A stretch of 64,000 bases of DNA from contig JBJYWI010000157.1 of NCBI GenBank assembly GCA_046259385.1, positions 3,540-67,539 on the forward strand, written 5' to 3'. Of the stretch, positions 33,727 to 45,531 are shown one piece after another; position 1 is the first letter of the stretch; each line of letters opens with the position of its first letter. The DNA is from Anaerolineales bacterium (lineage in GTDB: Bacteria; Chloroflexota; Anaerolineae; Anaerolineales; UBA4823). The notes under the pieces were generated by a model. It saw only the letters and a list, made by a program, of their open reading frames with translations, searched no databases and had not been told where the DNA came from. Position numbers and translations under genes: made by a program.

Positions 33727-33900
33727 AACTTCTGGTAAATCTTAACCCGGTTGTGAGCGGTTGTCCGTTCTAAGCTGGGGCTGTAGCATCGTCAGAGCTT
33801 CTCGTTCAATTACTTGCGAATCCGCAGAAATATTTATCAAATCTAGGACCGATACTGCTGGTGGTAGGTTCTGGGTTGCACATGGACATTAAAAGTCTGC

Positions 33901-33929
33901 TTGACGGGAAATTTTCAAGCTGTTAGAAT
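33901..33929 (+). promoter_or_regulatory. Sigma70-type promoter of the cold-shock gene, giving a ~140-nt 5' UTR
   Basis: TTGACG (33901-33906), a 17-nt spacer, then TAGAAT (33924-33929). Long structured leaders are typical of cspA-type genes. Confidence 0.55.
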
Positions 33930-34078
33930 CAATAATCTAAGGGTGCCACATTATTTCGTTACGAGGAAATAAACGAAGACTCAGAAAGCATTTCCCTGGG
34001 TCTTTTTGTATTATGCCCGGGTATATAGAAAATGGAGGCAGCCATAATGAATATCATATTTTTCAAGGAGTAGTAGTA

Positions 34079-34288
34079 ATGTCGGAAAGAATTATCGGCA
34101 CAGTAAAATGGTTCAATAATGCTAAAGGCTATGGATTCCTGGCGCAGGAAGATGGGGATGATGTATTCGTACATTATTCCGCTATCCAGACTGAGGGATT
34201 CAAAACGCTTGAAGAGGGCCAACAGGTAGAATTTTCTATCGAAGAAGGTCCAAAAGGGCTGCAAGCTAGCAATGTCGTATCTCTGTAA
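34079..34288 (+). CDS. Cold-shock protein (CspA family)
   Basis: It contains [15 protein letters not shown] (RNP1) and DVFVHYS (RNP2). AAGGAG lies 8 nt upstream of the ATG at 34079. The longer ORF from 34013 is an artefact. Confidence 0.93.
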   Translation: MSERIIGTVKWFNNAKGYGFLAQEDGDDVFVHYSAIQTEGFKTLEEGQQVEFSIEEGPKGLQASNVVSL

Positions 34289-34313
34289 ATAATCCTGTCA
34301 ATAAAATCAAAAT

Positions 34314-34348
34314 AGCCCCCGCAGACGAATCGGGGGCTTTTCTGTTTT
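34314..34348 (+). terminator. Intrinsic terminator after csp
   Basis: Stem agcccccg pairs with cgggggct (8 bp, 9-nt loop) and is followed by TTTTCTGTTTT. Confidence 0.8.
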
Positions 34349-34443
34349 AATTGACCAAAGCTTTTCGAATTACGGGAAAAACAAGCATCCAGATTATAAG
34401 TTACAATAAATTCCTAATTCGGCGAGTCATATGGAGTGACAGT

Positions 34444-35184
34444 ATGCGAAGAATCGCGATTGCTTTGTCAAAAGGTGGTGTGGGAAAAACGACAACTGCT
34501 GTGAATTTGGCTGCCGGAATTGCCCGGGCTGGAAGTACTATTTTGCTTATCGATGTCGATACACAGGGACAGATTGCACGTGCGCTGGGCGAGAATCCGA
34601 AAGCCGGGTTGGCGGATTTTATTCTTGGGAATGTTGATTTGGATGAAGCAATTCATTTTGCCCGCCCGAATCTGGGGCTGCTTGCGGGTGGACGTTCTAT
34701 GTCAGGTATCAAAAGGCTGATCGCCAGGAAGGATTACGGCGGTGAAACCACGCTATCAGAAGTTCTGGAACCGCTTGATGATCGTTTTGATTTTGTGCTG
34801 GTGGATTCCGGTCCGGGTTGGGATGTGATTACGGTAAATGTCCTTTTTTATGCTTATGAAATCCTGGCACCGGTCTCTTTGGAAGTGCTGACCCTTCAAG
34901 GCTTGATGGAATTTTCTGAAAGTGTCAGCGCGATCCAAAAATACAATACTAACCTGGCTCTCAAATATATCCTGCCCACATTTTATGATCGCAGGGTGAA
35001 AAAATCTGAGGAAATCTATAACCAATTAAAAAACCATTTTGGAGAATTTGTCTGCCAGCCTATCCGTTATAATGTGCGGCTTTCAGAAGCGCCAGGGTAC
35101 GGTCAAACAATCTTTGAGTATTCAGCCCGGTCGGCTGGAGCAGAGGACTATTTAAAACTAACTGAGAGGATAATAGCAGAATGA
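34444..35184 (+). CDS. ParA/Soj-family deviant Walker-A ATPase (orphan, no ParB nearby)
   Basis: It contains IAIALSKGGVGKTTTAVNLAAG, including the signature lysine, and LIDVDTQG and VLVDSGPG. The ATG at 34444 is preferred because the upstream ORF extension overlaps the csp terminator. Confidence 0.85.
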   Translation: MRRIAIALSKGGVGKTTTAVNLAAGIARAGSTILLIDVDTQGQIARALGENPKAGLADFILGNVDLDEAIHFARPNLGLLAGGRSMSGIKRLIARKDYGGETTLSEVLEPLDDRFDFVLVDSGPGWDVITVNVLFYAYEILAPVSLEVLTLQGLMEFSESVSAIQKYNTNLALKYILPTFYDRRVKKSEEIYNQLKNHFGEFVCQPIRYNVRLSEAPGYGQTIFEYSARSAGAEDYLKLTERIIAE

Positions 35185-35549
35185 CACCGAGAAAAGAAAC
35201 CCCTGATTTACTTTCCGAAATGCTTGGCTCGCAGAGCCAAGCAGGAAGTGAAGTCAACCGCGTTCAGGGTGAGTTTCCTGCGCCAGTCCGTGCGCCCAGG
35301 CGAAAGCCCCGGAAACCCCAGCCCCAAAAATTTGAATACATTATTGTCACATTTCAGGACCACCGCGGATTGCGCCCAAGGTTTGAAAACGGAAGAGAGT
35401 ACAAGAACTGGATGGAATTACCTCTCATCCATGATTACCTTAACGATTTGAGCTCAGAAGGTTGGCACCTGGTCTCGGCATGCGCGGGAGAGTCGATGTA
35501 TGGGAGTTTTGACAGGCACCACCTGTACTTCAAGCGGTTAATTTCCTGA
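35181..35549 (+). CDS. DUF4177-like domain protein with disordered basic N-terminus, translationally coupled to parA
   Basis: Its start overlaps the parA stop in an ATGA. The N-terminal roughly 50 aa are low-complexity with the basic run RAPRRKPRKPQPQK. The C-terminal domain reads FEYIIVTF...LNDLSSEGWHLVSA...LYFKR, resembling DUF4177. Confidence 0.55.
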   Translation: MTPRKETPDLLSEMLGSQSQAGSEVNRVQGEFPAPVRAPRRKPRKPQPQKFEYIIVTFQDHRGLRPRFENGREYKNWMELPLIHDYLNDLSSEGWHLVSACAGESMYGSFDRHHLYFKRLIS

Positions 35550-35662
35550 AATAGCCCTCAGAGTTTCTTATCAACTGCTAATAAAATTCTATCCAAACTT
35601 AACTTCTCCAGGAATATCTGGCTGGTATAGAATCTCTTAATTTCCGATCAGAGACCAATTTT

Positions 35663-35809
35663 GTGAGTAGAGAAGTTAAACCTCCCCAAAAAAGAGCCTA
35701 TCCTGGCCTGTATGAAAAAATTATTCCGGTGGCAATCAGTCTGGTAGCAGTGTTTGTCCTGCTTTTGATTGTTGTCAGTCTATTTGTTCTCCTTCGCTAT
35801 TTTATTTAA
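35663..35809 (+). CDS. Possible 48-aa single-TM peptide
   Basis: This GTG-initiated ORF encodes VSREVKPPQKRAYPGLYEKIIPVAISLVAVFVLLLIVVSLFVLLRYFI. It is below the ORF-track cutoff and lies directly upstream of a membrane protein gene. Confidence 0.25.
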   Translation: MSREVKPPQKRAYPGLYEKIIPVAISLVAVFVLLLIVVSLFVLLRYFI

Positions 35810-35839
35810 TATGCCAATATTATCCTTAGAGGTGTTTTC

Positions 35840-36571
35840 ATGAACGTTTTGTTTGTATTTATTCCATTGATTTCTTCCATAATCAGTTTTATTTTCGCGT
35901 TTTTGGTATTCAGGCGTTACAGAATGCGAAAGGGAACTTACCTCCTGATCTGGGGGATTGGGCTTATCTTTTATGGCATTGGCGGTTTTTGCGAGTTTTA
36001 CTACGGCGCATTTGGCTGGAATTCAATCGTTTACAGAGCCTGGTACCTGTTTGGCGCGGTGCTGGTTGCGGCATGGCTTGGTCAGGGTACTGTCTATCTG
36101 TTAGTGAGGAAGAGGTGGGCGAACGCGACAATGATAGTGTTATTGGCTGCCTCACTTTATGCCGCGATTCGTGTATTCACAGCTCAACTGGATCCTTCCC
36201 TGTTGACTGCCAGTGTGCATACCGGCAGCGAATTAAGCGGACATGCGATCACCACGCCTGGTGTAAGGGTTTTAACGCCTTTTTTCAACCTGTATGGGAC
36301 AATTACACTTGTAGGTGGGGCGCTTTATTCAGCCTGGTTATTCTGGCGGAAGAGGGTACTGCTTCACCGTACGATTGGCAACCTCCTTATCGCTGCAGGA
36401 GCGCTCCTGCCGGCATTTGGCGGGGCCTTCAGCCGCTTTGGGATTCCGGCGGCATTGTACCTGGGCGAATTTTTTGGGGTGCTCCTGATCTTCGCAGGTT
36501 TTATACGGGCAACTACCCCGATGGGCGAAAAAATGCAGGCAGTCCCAGACCCGAACTTGGCTGGTGATTAA
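35840..36571 (+). CDS. Hypothetical polytopic membrane protein
   Basis: It is 243 aa with about 7 hydrophobic helices. No family was recognised. The overlapping alternative-frame ORF 35989..36567 was rejected. Confidence 0.6.
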   Translation: MNVLFVFIPLISSIISFIFAFLVFRRYRMRKGTYLLIWGIGLIFYGIGGFCEFYYGAFGWNSIVYRAWYLFGAVLVAAWLGQGTVYLLVRKRWANATMIVLLAASLYAAIRVFTAQLDPSLLTASVHTGSELSGHAITTPGVRVLTPFFNLYGTITLVGGALYSAWLFWRKRVLLHRTIGNLLIAAGALLPAFGGAFSRFGIPAALYLGEFFGVLLIFAGFIRATTPMGEKMQAVPDPNLAGD

Positions 36572-37045
36572 TCTAACTCATTAGTGAAATTGAACAATAA
36601 AATATTATAGGGGACTTATTAAATCCATTCTTGAGATATACATTTACCCTCCGGATGTCATCTTAGTGCACATGCAGCCTTAAATTGTGAAGGCTTTCTT
36701 TCTTCGCTTACTTAACCAGCGCGGATCAAGGAAGTAACATTTATTTTTCTTCCTGGGAATTTGAGCAAAATATACATAGATTGGACCCAACCGTAATATC
36801 CAGCATGCCAGTCGCTTCTTTCATGGACAATGGATGCGGATTCAATTAATTTGTCTGACTCTGATATGAGCACCCGGCAAGTTGAAATATTAAGATTGGC
36901 AAGGTATTCTTAGATATCATTCGGATAGTTGCCCTCTTAAGCTTTATCCCCTCTGCTTCTTGGGTTTTTTCTAAAGTGAAAGTGGTCAGGATTTCGAGGT
37001 CAGCCAGAACTGCTTTGCGTGTGTTGGAAGAAGTATTTGATGCAA

Positions 37046-37486
37046 TTAACCTATATGTGACGACCGATAAGCAGGAGATTTATGAACATGGACTACTTTC
37101 CAATCCCCATCCAACCTGACAATTACCCGGCTTTCATTGTGGGCGGCGACAGATACGCCTTCATCCGTCCCTGTGCTTGTGAGCAGAGTATAGCTGGCGA
37201 TTGCTGCCTCTCCGTAGCGTTGAATATGCAGGTTTGCCAGGTCGTATCGTGTCCGGGGCGGTTCGCCATTGCTTTCTCCTTCTAACTCAGCGCCAAAGAC
37301 CAGTCCGCGCCGGGCGTTTTCCGACATCATAAAATCGTGGAAAGGCAGACCCTCAAGTCGGTGGGGCGTCACCCACCACTCATAAAGAGTCAGGTCTTGG
37401 CTGGTGGTGGCATGGTAAGTTGAGATATCATTTTCAAAAATCGCATTTAGATGCTTAATCAGAAATTCATGAATTTCCAGGTCCAT
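37046..37486 (-). CDS. NTF2-like fold protein (SnoaL/DUF4440-type)
   Basis: It is 146 aa. The N-terminal helix followed by a curved-sheet pattern (…VVHVHKSP at the end) resembles the DUF4440/CaMKII-association-domain family. The assignment is tentative. Confidence 0.45.
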   Translation of the reverse strand: MDLEIHEFLIKHLNAIFENDISTYHATTSQDLTLYEWWVTPHRLEGLPFHDFMMSENARRGLVFGAELEGESNGEPPRTRYDLANLHIQRYGEAAIASYTLLTSTGTDEGVSVAAHNESRVIVRLDGDWKVVHVHKSPAYRSSHIG

Positions 37487-37640
37487 AATTAGGTGCTCCC
37501 TGAGGTTGGTAAATAAGAAATTATATTTGGGGTTCTGGCTGTTTAAGAGTTATTTTACACAGGATTTACCCAAATATTCACAACATCTTGAAATATCAAT
37601 CTTTCAGTATTCTTAATAATTCCTCCCTAAAAAGTTGGTT

Positions 37641-37680
37641 AAAAAACACCCTCCGGGGTTGCGCTTCCCGGAGGTTTTTA
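37641..37680 (-). terminator. Intrinsic terminator after hdeD-like gene (bidirectional-looking)
   Basis: Stem cctccggg (37650-37657) pairs with cccggagg (37667-37674). A-runs and T-runs flank it on both sides. Confidence 0.7.
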
Positions 37681-37705
37681 TTTTCTTAATATTCCTTTCT
37701 TGTGA

Positions 37706-38236
37706 CTACTTCACCTGGAAAGCAAAGATAATCGCTGCAATTCCGCCGATGATCATCACAATCCCCAGCAGGATCACAAGTAATTGCCCGGCAACTGCCG
37801 CATTAAATAACAGCAGCAACCCGATAATGATGCTGACAACAGCCAGTATTCCGGCACCCCAGCCTCCACCTTTAAGTGCGAATACCAGCCCGATTATCCC
37901 AACAATCAGTCCCTGAATACCGAGCAGAATTGCAGCCACAGCTGGTAGCACAAAGGACCCCCACAGTGGATGTTGGATAACGATCAGACCGGCGATAACA
38001 CCTAGAATACCTACAATTAACTTCCAGCCCCAGGCGGATTTATCTATGAAAATACTTATGATGTTAAAGATACCGGATATCAACCAGTATAAACCGAGTA
38101 ATACAACGATGATGGATAAAAATTCCTCCCTGACAAAAAGCAGAAGCAGCCCGAAGATCACCGAGGCAATCCCCTGCATCAGCGGGATCCACCACGGGAA
38201 TTCCCGGGTTTCTAATTCAAACGCAGAAGCACTCAT
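37706..38236 (-). CDS. HdeD-family (DUF308) membrane protein
   Basis: It has repeated Gly-rich TM pairs and an N-terminal WWIPLMQGIASVIFGLLLLF motif characteristic of DUF308. Confidence 0.7.
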   Translation of the reverse strand: MSASAFELETREFPWWIPLMQGIASVIFGLLLLFVREEFLSIIVVLLGLYWLISGIFNIISIFIDKSAWGWKLIVGILGVIAGLIVIQHPLWGSFVLPAVAAILLGIQGLIVGIIGLVFALKGGGWGAGILAVVSIIIGLLLLFNAAVAGQLLVILLGIVMIIGGIAAIIFAFQVK

Positions 38237-38465
38237 TTGTCTCTCCTTATCAAATTTTTGTATAGTTACTTAAATTAAAATGGACAATTTTTCCTGAATT
38301 TCGGAAATAATAATTTGAACCTCCTTTCAACCACTTTAACCCGCAAAATAGAAAATAGTTGCGGGAGAATTTATTTTAATTTATACCGAGAAGAAAATAA
38401 ATAATCGGGATTAGAATCCGGATTGTTTGACATGGAGAAATACATATCGTACACTCTCCTTTGCT

Positions 38466-38981
38466 ATGGCGATCCGCATTCTCCTGACCGGTGAACCCGG
38501 TTGCGGTAAGACCACCGTTATTGAAAAGGTGCTGGAACTGTATTCAGGACTTGCAGGTGGTTTCATTACCAGAGAGGTCAGAAAGGCTGGCAGGAGATTT
38601 GGTTTTGAACTTATCTCCCTGGATGGGCGCAGGGGAACTCTTGCCAGTGTGGACTTTGAATCTGAATTAAGAGTGGGGAAATATAGGGTCGATATTCAAA
38701 TATTGGATTCAATTGGTGTTGATGCGATTAAGAAAAGCTTTTCAGCCGGGGAATTGATAGTGATTGATGAAATTGGATCAATGGAAATCCTTTCTGATTT
38801 ATTCTGTAGAACAGTCAAGAGGATATTTACGAGCGAGATTGATCTCATTGGAACGATATCAAGACGGAATCACCCTTTCCTTAATGAGATTAAAAAGCTT
38901 CCTGCCATTGAACTGATCCGAGTGGATCACAACAATAGAGATGAGCTGGTGGGCTTGATTCTTTCAAAGTTGATGAGGTGA
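38466..38981 (+). CDS. THEP1-type nucleoside-triphosphatase (NTPase_1 family)
   Basis: It contains IRILLTGEPGCGKTTVIEKV (P-loop) and LIVIDEIGSME (Walker B). The ATG at 38466 is preferred. Its stop TGA abuts the hyuA ATG. Confidence 0.7.
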   Translation: MAIRILLTGEPGCGKTTVIEKVLELYSGLAGGFITREVRKAGRRFGFELISLDGRRGTLASVDFESELRVGKYRVDIQILDSIGVDAIKKSFSAGELIVIDEIGSMEILSDLFCRTVKRIFTSEIDLIGTISRRNHPFLNEIKKLPAIELIRVDHNNRDELVGLILSKLMR

Positions 38982-41123
38982 ATGTGTGGAATGACATTTT
39001 TGGATGACAGGCTGTCCGAAGACAGAGGTTCGAAACCCGCCGTCCTTCGTATTGGTATTGATATTGGAGGGACATTCACCGATTTTGTGGTGCATGACCC
39101 CGGCGCAGGCAGCCTTCAATCGCTAAAGCTCCCGACCACACCTGAAAATCCAGCTCAGGTGGTCCTGGATGGCTTAACACAAATTGTCCCTGAATTGAAT
39201 CAACCGGAGGAAATAACCGTTGACATCATTCATGGATCTACCGTTGCCACGAATGCGCTGATAGAACGCAAAGGCGCCAGGACAGCGCTGGTCGCCACAG
39301 AAGGGTTCCGGGATGTGCTTCAAATTGGTAGGCAGAACCGTCCGGAATTATACAATCTCACCCCTCAGTTGCCGCCTCCAATTGTCCCGGACTACCTGCG
39401 CTTTGAGGCAGCGGAGAGAATCGATTGTCGCGGGGTAGTTCAAAAGCCGCTGGAGGAAGTTTCATTACAAAAACTTCTGGCAGAATTTGACAATAAGAGT
39501 ATTGATGCTGTTGCTGTATGCCTTTTATTTTCATTTTTAAACCCATCCCATGAGCAGAAAATAGGTAAGTTGTTGCGTGATCAGGGCTATTTTGTGTCTC
39601 TATCAAGTGAGGTGCTGCCTGAATACCGTGAATATGAGCGGATGAGCACAACTGTTGTAAATGCATATGTATCACCGGTATTGAACCGCTATCTCTCCCA
39701 CCTGGAAGAACGTTTTTCGGAGTTGAAGGCGAAAATTAATTTCAGGATCTTGCAGTCCAATGGCGGCAGCATCAATGTCCAGCAGGCGCGCTCGAATGGG
39801 GTTCGGAGCATTTTATCCGGACCGGCGGGAGGGGTGGTTGGAGCAAATGCAATCACATTAGATGCAACTTATATCCATTTTGAGGAAAATAATGATGTAT
39901 CCTATTCCAAACCATCTACGATAACTTTCGATATGGGGGGTACTTCAACCGATGTTTCTCTGGTTGATGAGGAACCCAGAATCACAACCGAGGCGGCAAT
40001 AGCAGGATTTCCTATCCGGATTCCAGTCCTAGATATCCATACCATCGGAGCAGGAGGAGGCTCGATAGCCCATGTTGATGCTGGTGGAGCGCTGCGAGTC
40101 GGACCGCAAAGCGCCGGTTCCGATCCTGGTCCGGCATGTTATGGAAAGGGTGATTTTCCCACTGTAACGGACGCTAATCTCGTCCTTGGAAGGCTTGCGC
40201 CCGAACACTTTCTGGGAGGCAGGCTGCCCTTGATCGAGAAAAAATCTGTGGAAGTTTTGTCCCAAATTGGCGAACAAATAAGTTTGGATCTTTTCCAGAC
40301 TGCATTAGGGGTGGTGGAGATCGTCAATGCACATATGGAGAGGGCGCTCAGGGTTATTTCGGTTGAGCGCGGGTATGATCCCAAATACTGCAGGATGCTT
40401 TCCTTTGGTGGATCGGGGGGATTGCACGCGGTTGAGTTAGCACGCAGGACCGGTATTCCGGTTGTGGTCGTCCCCCCATTGGCTTCTACTTTATCCGCTT
40501 ACGGCATGCTTGCGGCTGATGTGATCAAAGATTATGTCCAGACAGTAATGTTGGAAACCCAAGATAATCAACCTCCGCTTGATGACCTTTTTACGCCGTT
40601 GGTACAGAAGGGTTTGAGAGAGATGGCAGAGGAGGGGGTTCAAGCAAACTGCATTGAGATCGAAAAGTCCCTGGATGTACGCTACAAAGGTCAGTCTTTC
40701 GAACTGCGAGTTCCCTACAGCCCCGAGTTTATCCAGGTATTTCACAAGCGCCATTACAGAATTTATGGATACAGCCAACCGGAAGAACCTGTGGAAATTG
40801 TAAATATCCGTGTTCGGGGGGTAGGGGAAATTCCTCCCCCGCGTTTAAGCGAAGTACCTATGGGCGATTCAGACCCGTCCAGGGCGTTTATTGAAAATAA
40901 ACCGGTCATTTACAATCCAGAGCGATCAGCGTCAGCAAAAAAAAGCGAAGGGTTTCAATCTATATCGACCCCGTTTTATCTCTGGGACCGTTTGCTGGCG
41001 GGAGACAGGATTTCAGGTCCTGCAGTGGTGGTGCGCTCCGATACAACCGTACTGCTCTCTCGAGGTGATAATGCTGTTGTGGATCGCTATGCGAATTTGG
41101 TGGTTGAAGTGGGTCAATCATAA
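38982..41123 (+). CDS. Hydantoinase/oxoprolinase family protein, A subunit (HyuA-like)
   Basis: It contains RIGIDIGGTFTDFV, GSTVATNALIERKG and ITFDMGGTSTDV. Confidence 0.85.
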   Translation: MCGMTFLDDRLSEDRGSKPAVLRIGIDIGGTFTDFVVHDPGAGSLQSLKLPTTPENPAQVVLDGLTQIVPELNQPEEITVDIIHGSTVATNALIERKGARTALVATEGFRDVLQIGRQNRPELYNLTPQLPPPIVPDYLRFEAAERIDCRGVVQKPLEEVSLQKLLAEFDNKSIDAVAVCLLFSFLNPSHEQKIGKLLRDQGYFVSLSSEVLPEYREYERMSTTVVNAYVSPVLNRYLSHLEERFSELKAKINFRILQSNGGSINVQQARSNGVRSILSGPAGGVVGANAITLDATYIHFEENNDVSYSKPSTITFDMGGTSTDVSLVDEEPRITTEAAIAGFPIRIPVLDIHTIGAGGGSIAHVDAGGALRVGPQSAGSDPGPACYGKGDFPTVTDANLVLGRLAPEHFLGGRLPLIEKKSVEVLSQIGEQISLDLFQTALGVVEIVNAHMERALRVISVERGYDPKYCRMLSFGGSGGLHAVELARRTGIPVVVVPPLASTLSAYGMLAADVIKDYVQTVMLETQDNQPPLDDLFTPLVQKGLREMAEEGVQANCIEIEKSLDVRYKGQSFELRVPYSPEFIQVFHKRHYRIYGYSQPEEPVEIVNIRVRGVGEIPPPRLSEVPMGDSDPSRAFIENKPVIYNPERSASAKKSEGFQSISTPFYLWDRLLAGDRISGPAVVVRSDTTVLLSRGDNAVVDRYANLVVEVGQS

Positions 41124-41166
41124 AAAGTTTTTTCGTAAATGAAAGCTTTGGTTTGTTGGAGGCAGT

Positions 41167-42786
41167 TTGAGCGAATACGACCCTGTCCGTCTTGAGATTT
41201 TCAAACATTTATTCGCTGCAATTGCAGAGGAAATGGGAGTTGTACTCTGCCGGTCCAGCTATTCACCGAATATTAAAGAACGCCGGGATTATTCCTGTGC
41301 GTTATTTGACCGGTATACAAACATGGTCGCCCAAGCAGCCCATATACCAGTCCACCTAGGTTCGATGCCTTTGTCAGTGCAGGCTGCGGTGCAGGAATGC
41401 TCCGATTTGTCTCCAGGAGATGTAATCATCCTCAACGATCCTTTTCGGGGTGGGACACATCTTCCGGATATTACCCTGGTATCGCCGGTATTTAGTCAGA
41501 AGGTCGGGGAGAAAGATGCAAACAGTAAGAACCGCCACAAATTGATTGGATTTGTCGCCAGCCGTGCCCATCATTCCGATGTGGGCGGTATGTCACCAGG
41601 TTCAATGCCTGTTTCCAGGGAGATCTTCCAGGAGGGGATTATTATCCCGCCTACAAAATTGATTCAAAATGGAGTCCTGAATCAAGCTTTGATGGACACC
41701 ATTTTGGCAAATGTGCGCACCCCTATTGAGCGAAGCGGTGATCTGCTGGCTCAGATTGCTGCAAACAAACGCGGAGTCGAACGTTTCCTAAAGATGCATG
41801 ATCGCTATGGGGAACAGGATATATCGTTTTATATGGCTGAGTTGCTTGATTATACTGAGCGTTTAACCCGCAACCTGATGAATAAACTCGGGAAGGGGGA
41901 ATACAGCTTTGTTGATTATCTGGACGATGACGGGATTGGCAATGAACCCGTCCCGATCAGGGTTTCTGTCAGGATTGATTCAGGTTCGGCAGCAATCGAT
42001 TTCACCGGCACAGCGCCTCAGCAAAAGGGGAGCCTTAATGCAGTTTACGCGATTACCTTTTCAGCGGTTTATTATGTCTTTAGGAGCCTGCTGGGATTGG
42101 ATATTCCCAACAATTCCGGTTGCTTAAGGCCGATTGAAATTATCGCCCCTGCCGGATCGCTTGTGAACGCTAAACCGCCAGCCGCTGTCGCTGGTGGTAA
42201 TGTGGAAACATCCCAGAGGATAGTTGATGTGTTACTTGGAGCGCTTGCAAAGATTAGAGGGTTGGAGGATATGAATGTAAGGATCCCTGCTGCGAGCCAG
42301 GGGACAATGAACAATATAACTATCGGAGGTTTTGATCCTTTCAGGGCGAAAAACTTCGCCTATTATGAGACGATAGGAGGTGGTATTGGCGCTGGTTTCG
42401 AGTCTCCTGGGCTATCCGGACTGCATTCGCATATGACAAACACTCTCAACACCCCTGTAGAGGCAATCGAGTTTGATTATCCGTTCCAGGTTCTTCGTTA
42501 CGAGCTGCGTCGCGGTTCTGGTGGTTTTGGGAGATTTTCTGGAGGGGATGGAATCAGGAGGGACATCAAAATGTTAACAGATGCCCACGTCACTTTGCTG
42601 ACTGAACGGCGGCGCCTGGCACCTTATGGCCTTGCAGGAGGCGAACCCGGGCAGTTGGGTGAAAATATGTTGTTAAGTAAAGGGCAAGAACATCACCTTC
42701 CTGGAAAAGCATCGATTGAACTGCAGGCAGGCGACGTTCTCAGTATTCGAACCCCGGGTGGGGGCGGTTATGGTAAAGGGGAATAA
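41167..42786 (+). CDS. Hydantoinase B/oxoprolinase family protein (HyuB-like)
   Basis: It contains DPVRLEIFKHLFAAIAEEMG, ERRDYSCALFD, NDPFRGGTHLPD and HHSDVGG. The start is a TTG. Confidence 0.85.
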   Translation: MSEYDPVRLEIFKHLFAAIAEEMGVVLCRSSYSPNIKERRDYSCALFDRYTNMVAQAAHIPVHLGSMPLSVQAAVQECSDLSPGDVIILNDPFRGGTHLPDITLVSPVFSQKVGEKDANSKNRHKLIGFVASRAHHSDVGGMSPGSMPVSREIFQEGIIIPPTKLIQNGVLNQALMDTILANVRTPIERSGDLLAQIAANKRGVERFLKMHDRYGEQDISFYMAELLDYTERLTRNLMNKLGKGEYSFVDYLDDDGIGNEPVPIRVSVRIDSGSAAIDFTGTAPQQKGSLNAVYAITFSAVYYVFRSLLGLDIPNNSGCLRPIEIIAPAGSLVNAKPPAAVAGGNVETSQRIVDVLLGALAKIRGLEDMNVRIPAASQGTMNNITIGGFDPFRAKNFAYYETIGGGIGAGFESPGLSGLHSHMTNTLNTPVEAIEFDYPFQVLRYELRRGSGGFGRFSGGDGIRRDIKMLTDAHVTLLTERRRLAPYGLAGGEPGQLGENMLLSKGQEHHLPGKASIELQAGDVLSIRTPGGGGYGKGE

Positions 42787-43251
42787 ATTAAAGGCAGATT
42801 TTCTTTACTCTGATAAATTATTCTCCCCAGGCAGCATTGGAATCGAGAAAATTTGCGCTTTTTACACTAAGAATCAGTTTCTTTTCTTATATCCGGTTTT
42901 CCGTGCAAATACAAGTTCTTACGGTATCTCTCTAATATATTGAGGTTAGTAAATTAACCTGAGATTTTGGTTCCCGAATAATACTTCCACTCGCCAAAGT
43001 TCATCTATTCCTCCACCGCCGTATGAATAAATGCTGGCAGGATTTTCTCAACAAGATCGAAGTATAACCTCCTTTGTGTGCTCATTGATTAAATCCCATC
43101 CGAATTGCGAAAGTTGTCATTCGGCAAATTATCCAGTTCGAATCCACCTGTTTATGATTTCCTTATCATACTTCAAACCGAATCGCTCTTCATTCTGGAG
43201 AAGAGAAGTAAAACAGTGAACCGTATTCCCATATAAATGGTCACTTTCTAT

Positions 43252-45511
<2,260 letters not shown>

Positions 45512-45531
45512 TCAAAGGTGTTTGGGATTTC

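Noticed and set aside
35989-36567. 192-aa ORF in an alternative frame of the membrane protein gene 35840..36571
   Set aside because: It is on the same strand and completely overlaps a frame with clear TM-helix periodicity. Its translation is rich in Arg, Trp, Cys and Gly, which is not protein-like.
36866-36913. Fragment MSTRQVEILRLARYS* resembling the start of a LuxR/NarL-type HTH (L(S/T)xRExEVLxL)
   Set aside because: It has only 15 codons before a stop. The downstream frames do not convincingly continue the HTH, and no receiver domain lies upstream. It may be a gene relic in the 36572-37045 spacer, but it is too short to call.
42787-43251. Gene-poor 465-bp spacer between hyuB and tpl, with minus-strand fragments such as ...EERFGLKYDKEIINRWIRTG* (excisionase/MerR-like HTH flavour) and a ccgaat-N13-attcgg hairpin
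   Set aside because: The fragments are interrupted by stops within about 25 codons and match no motif strongly. It may be debris of a small mobile-element gene, but the evidence is too weak.
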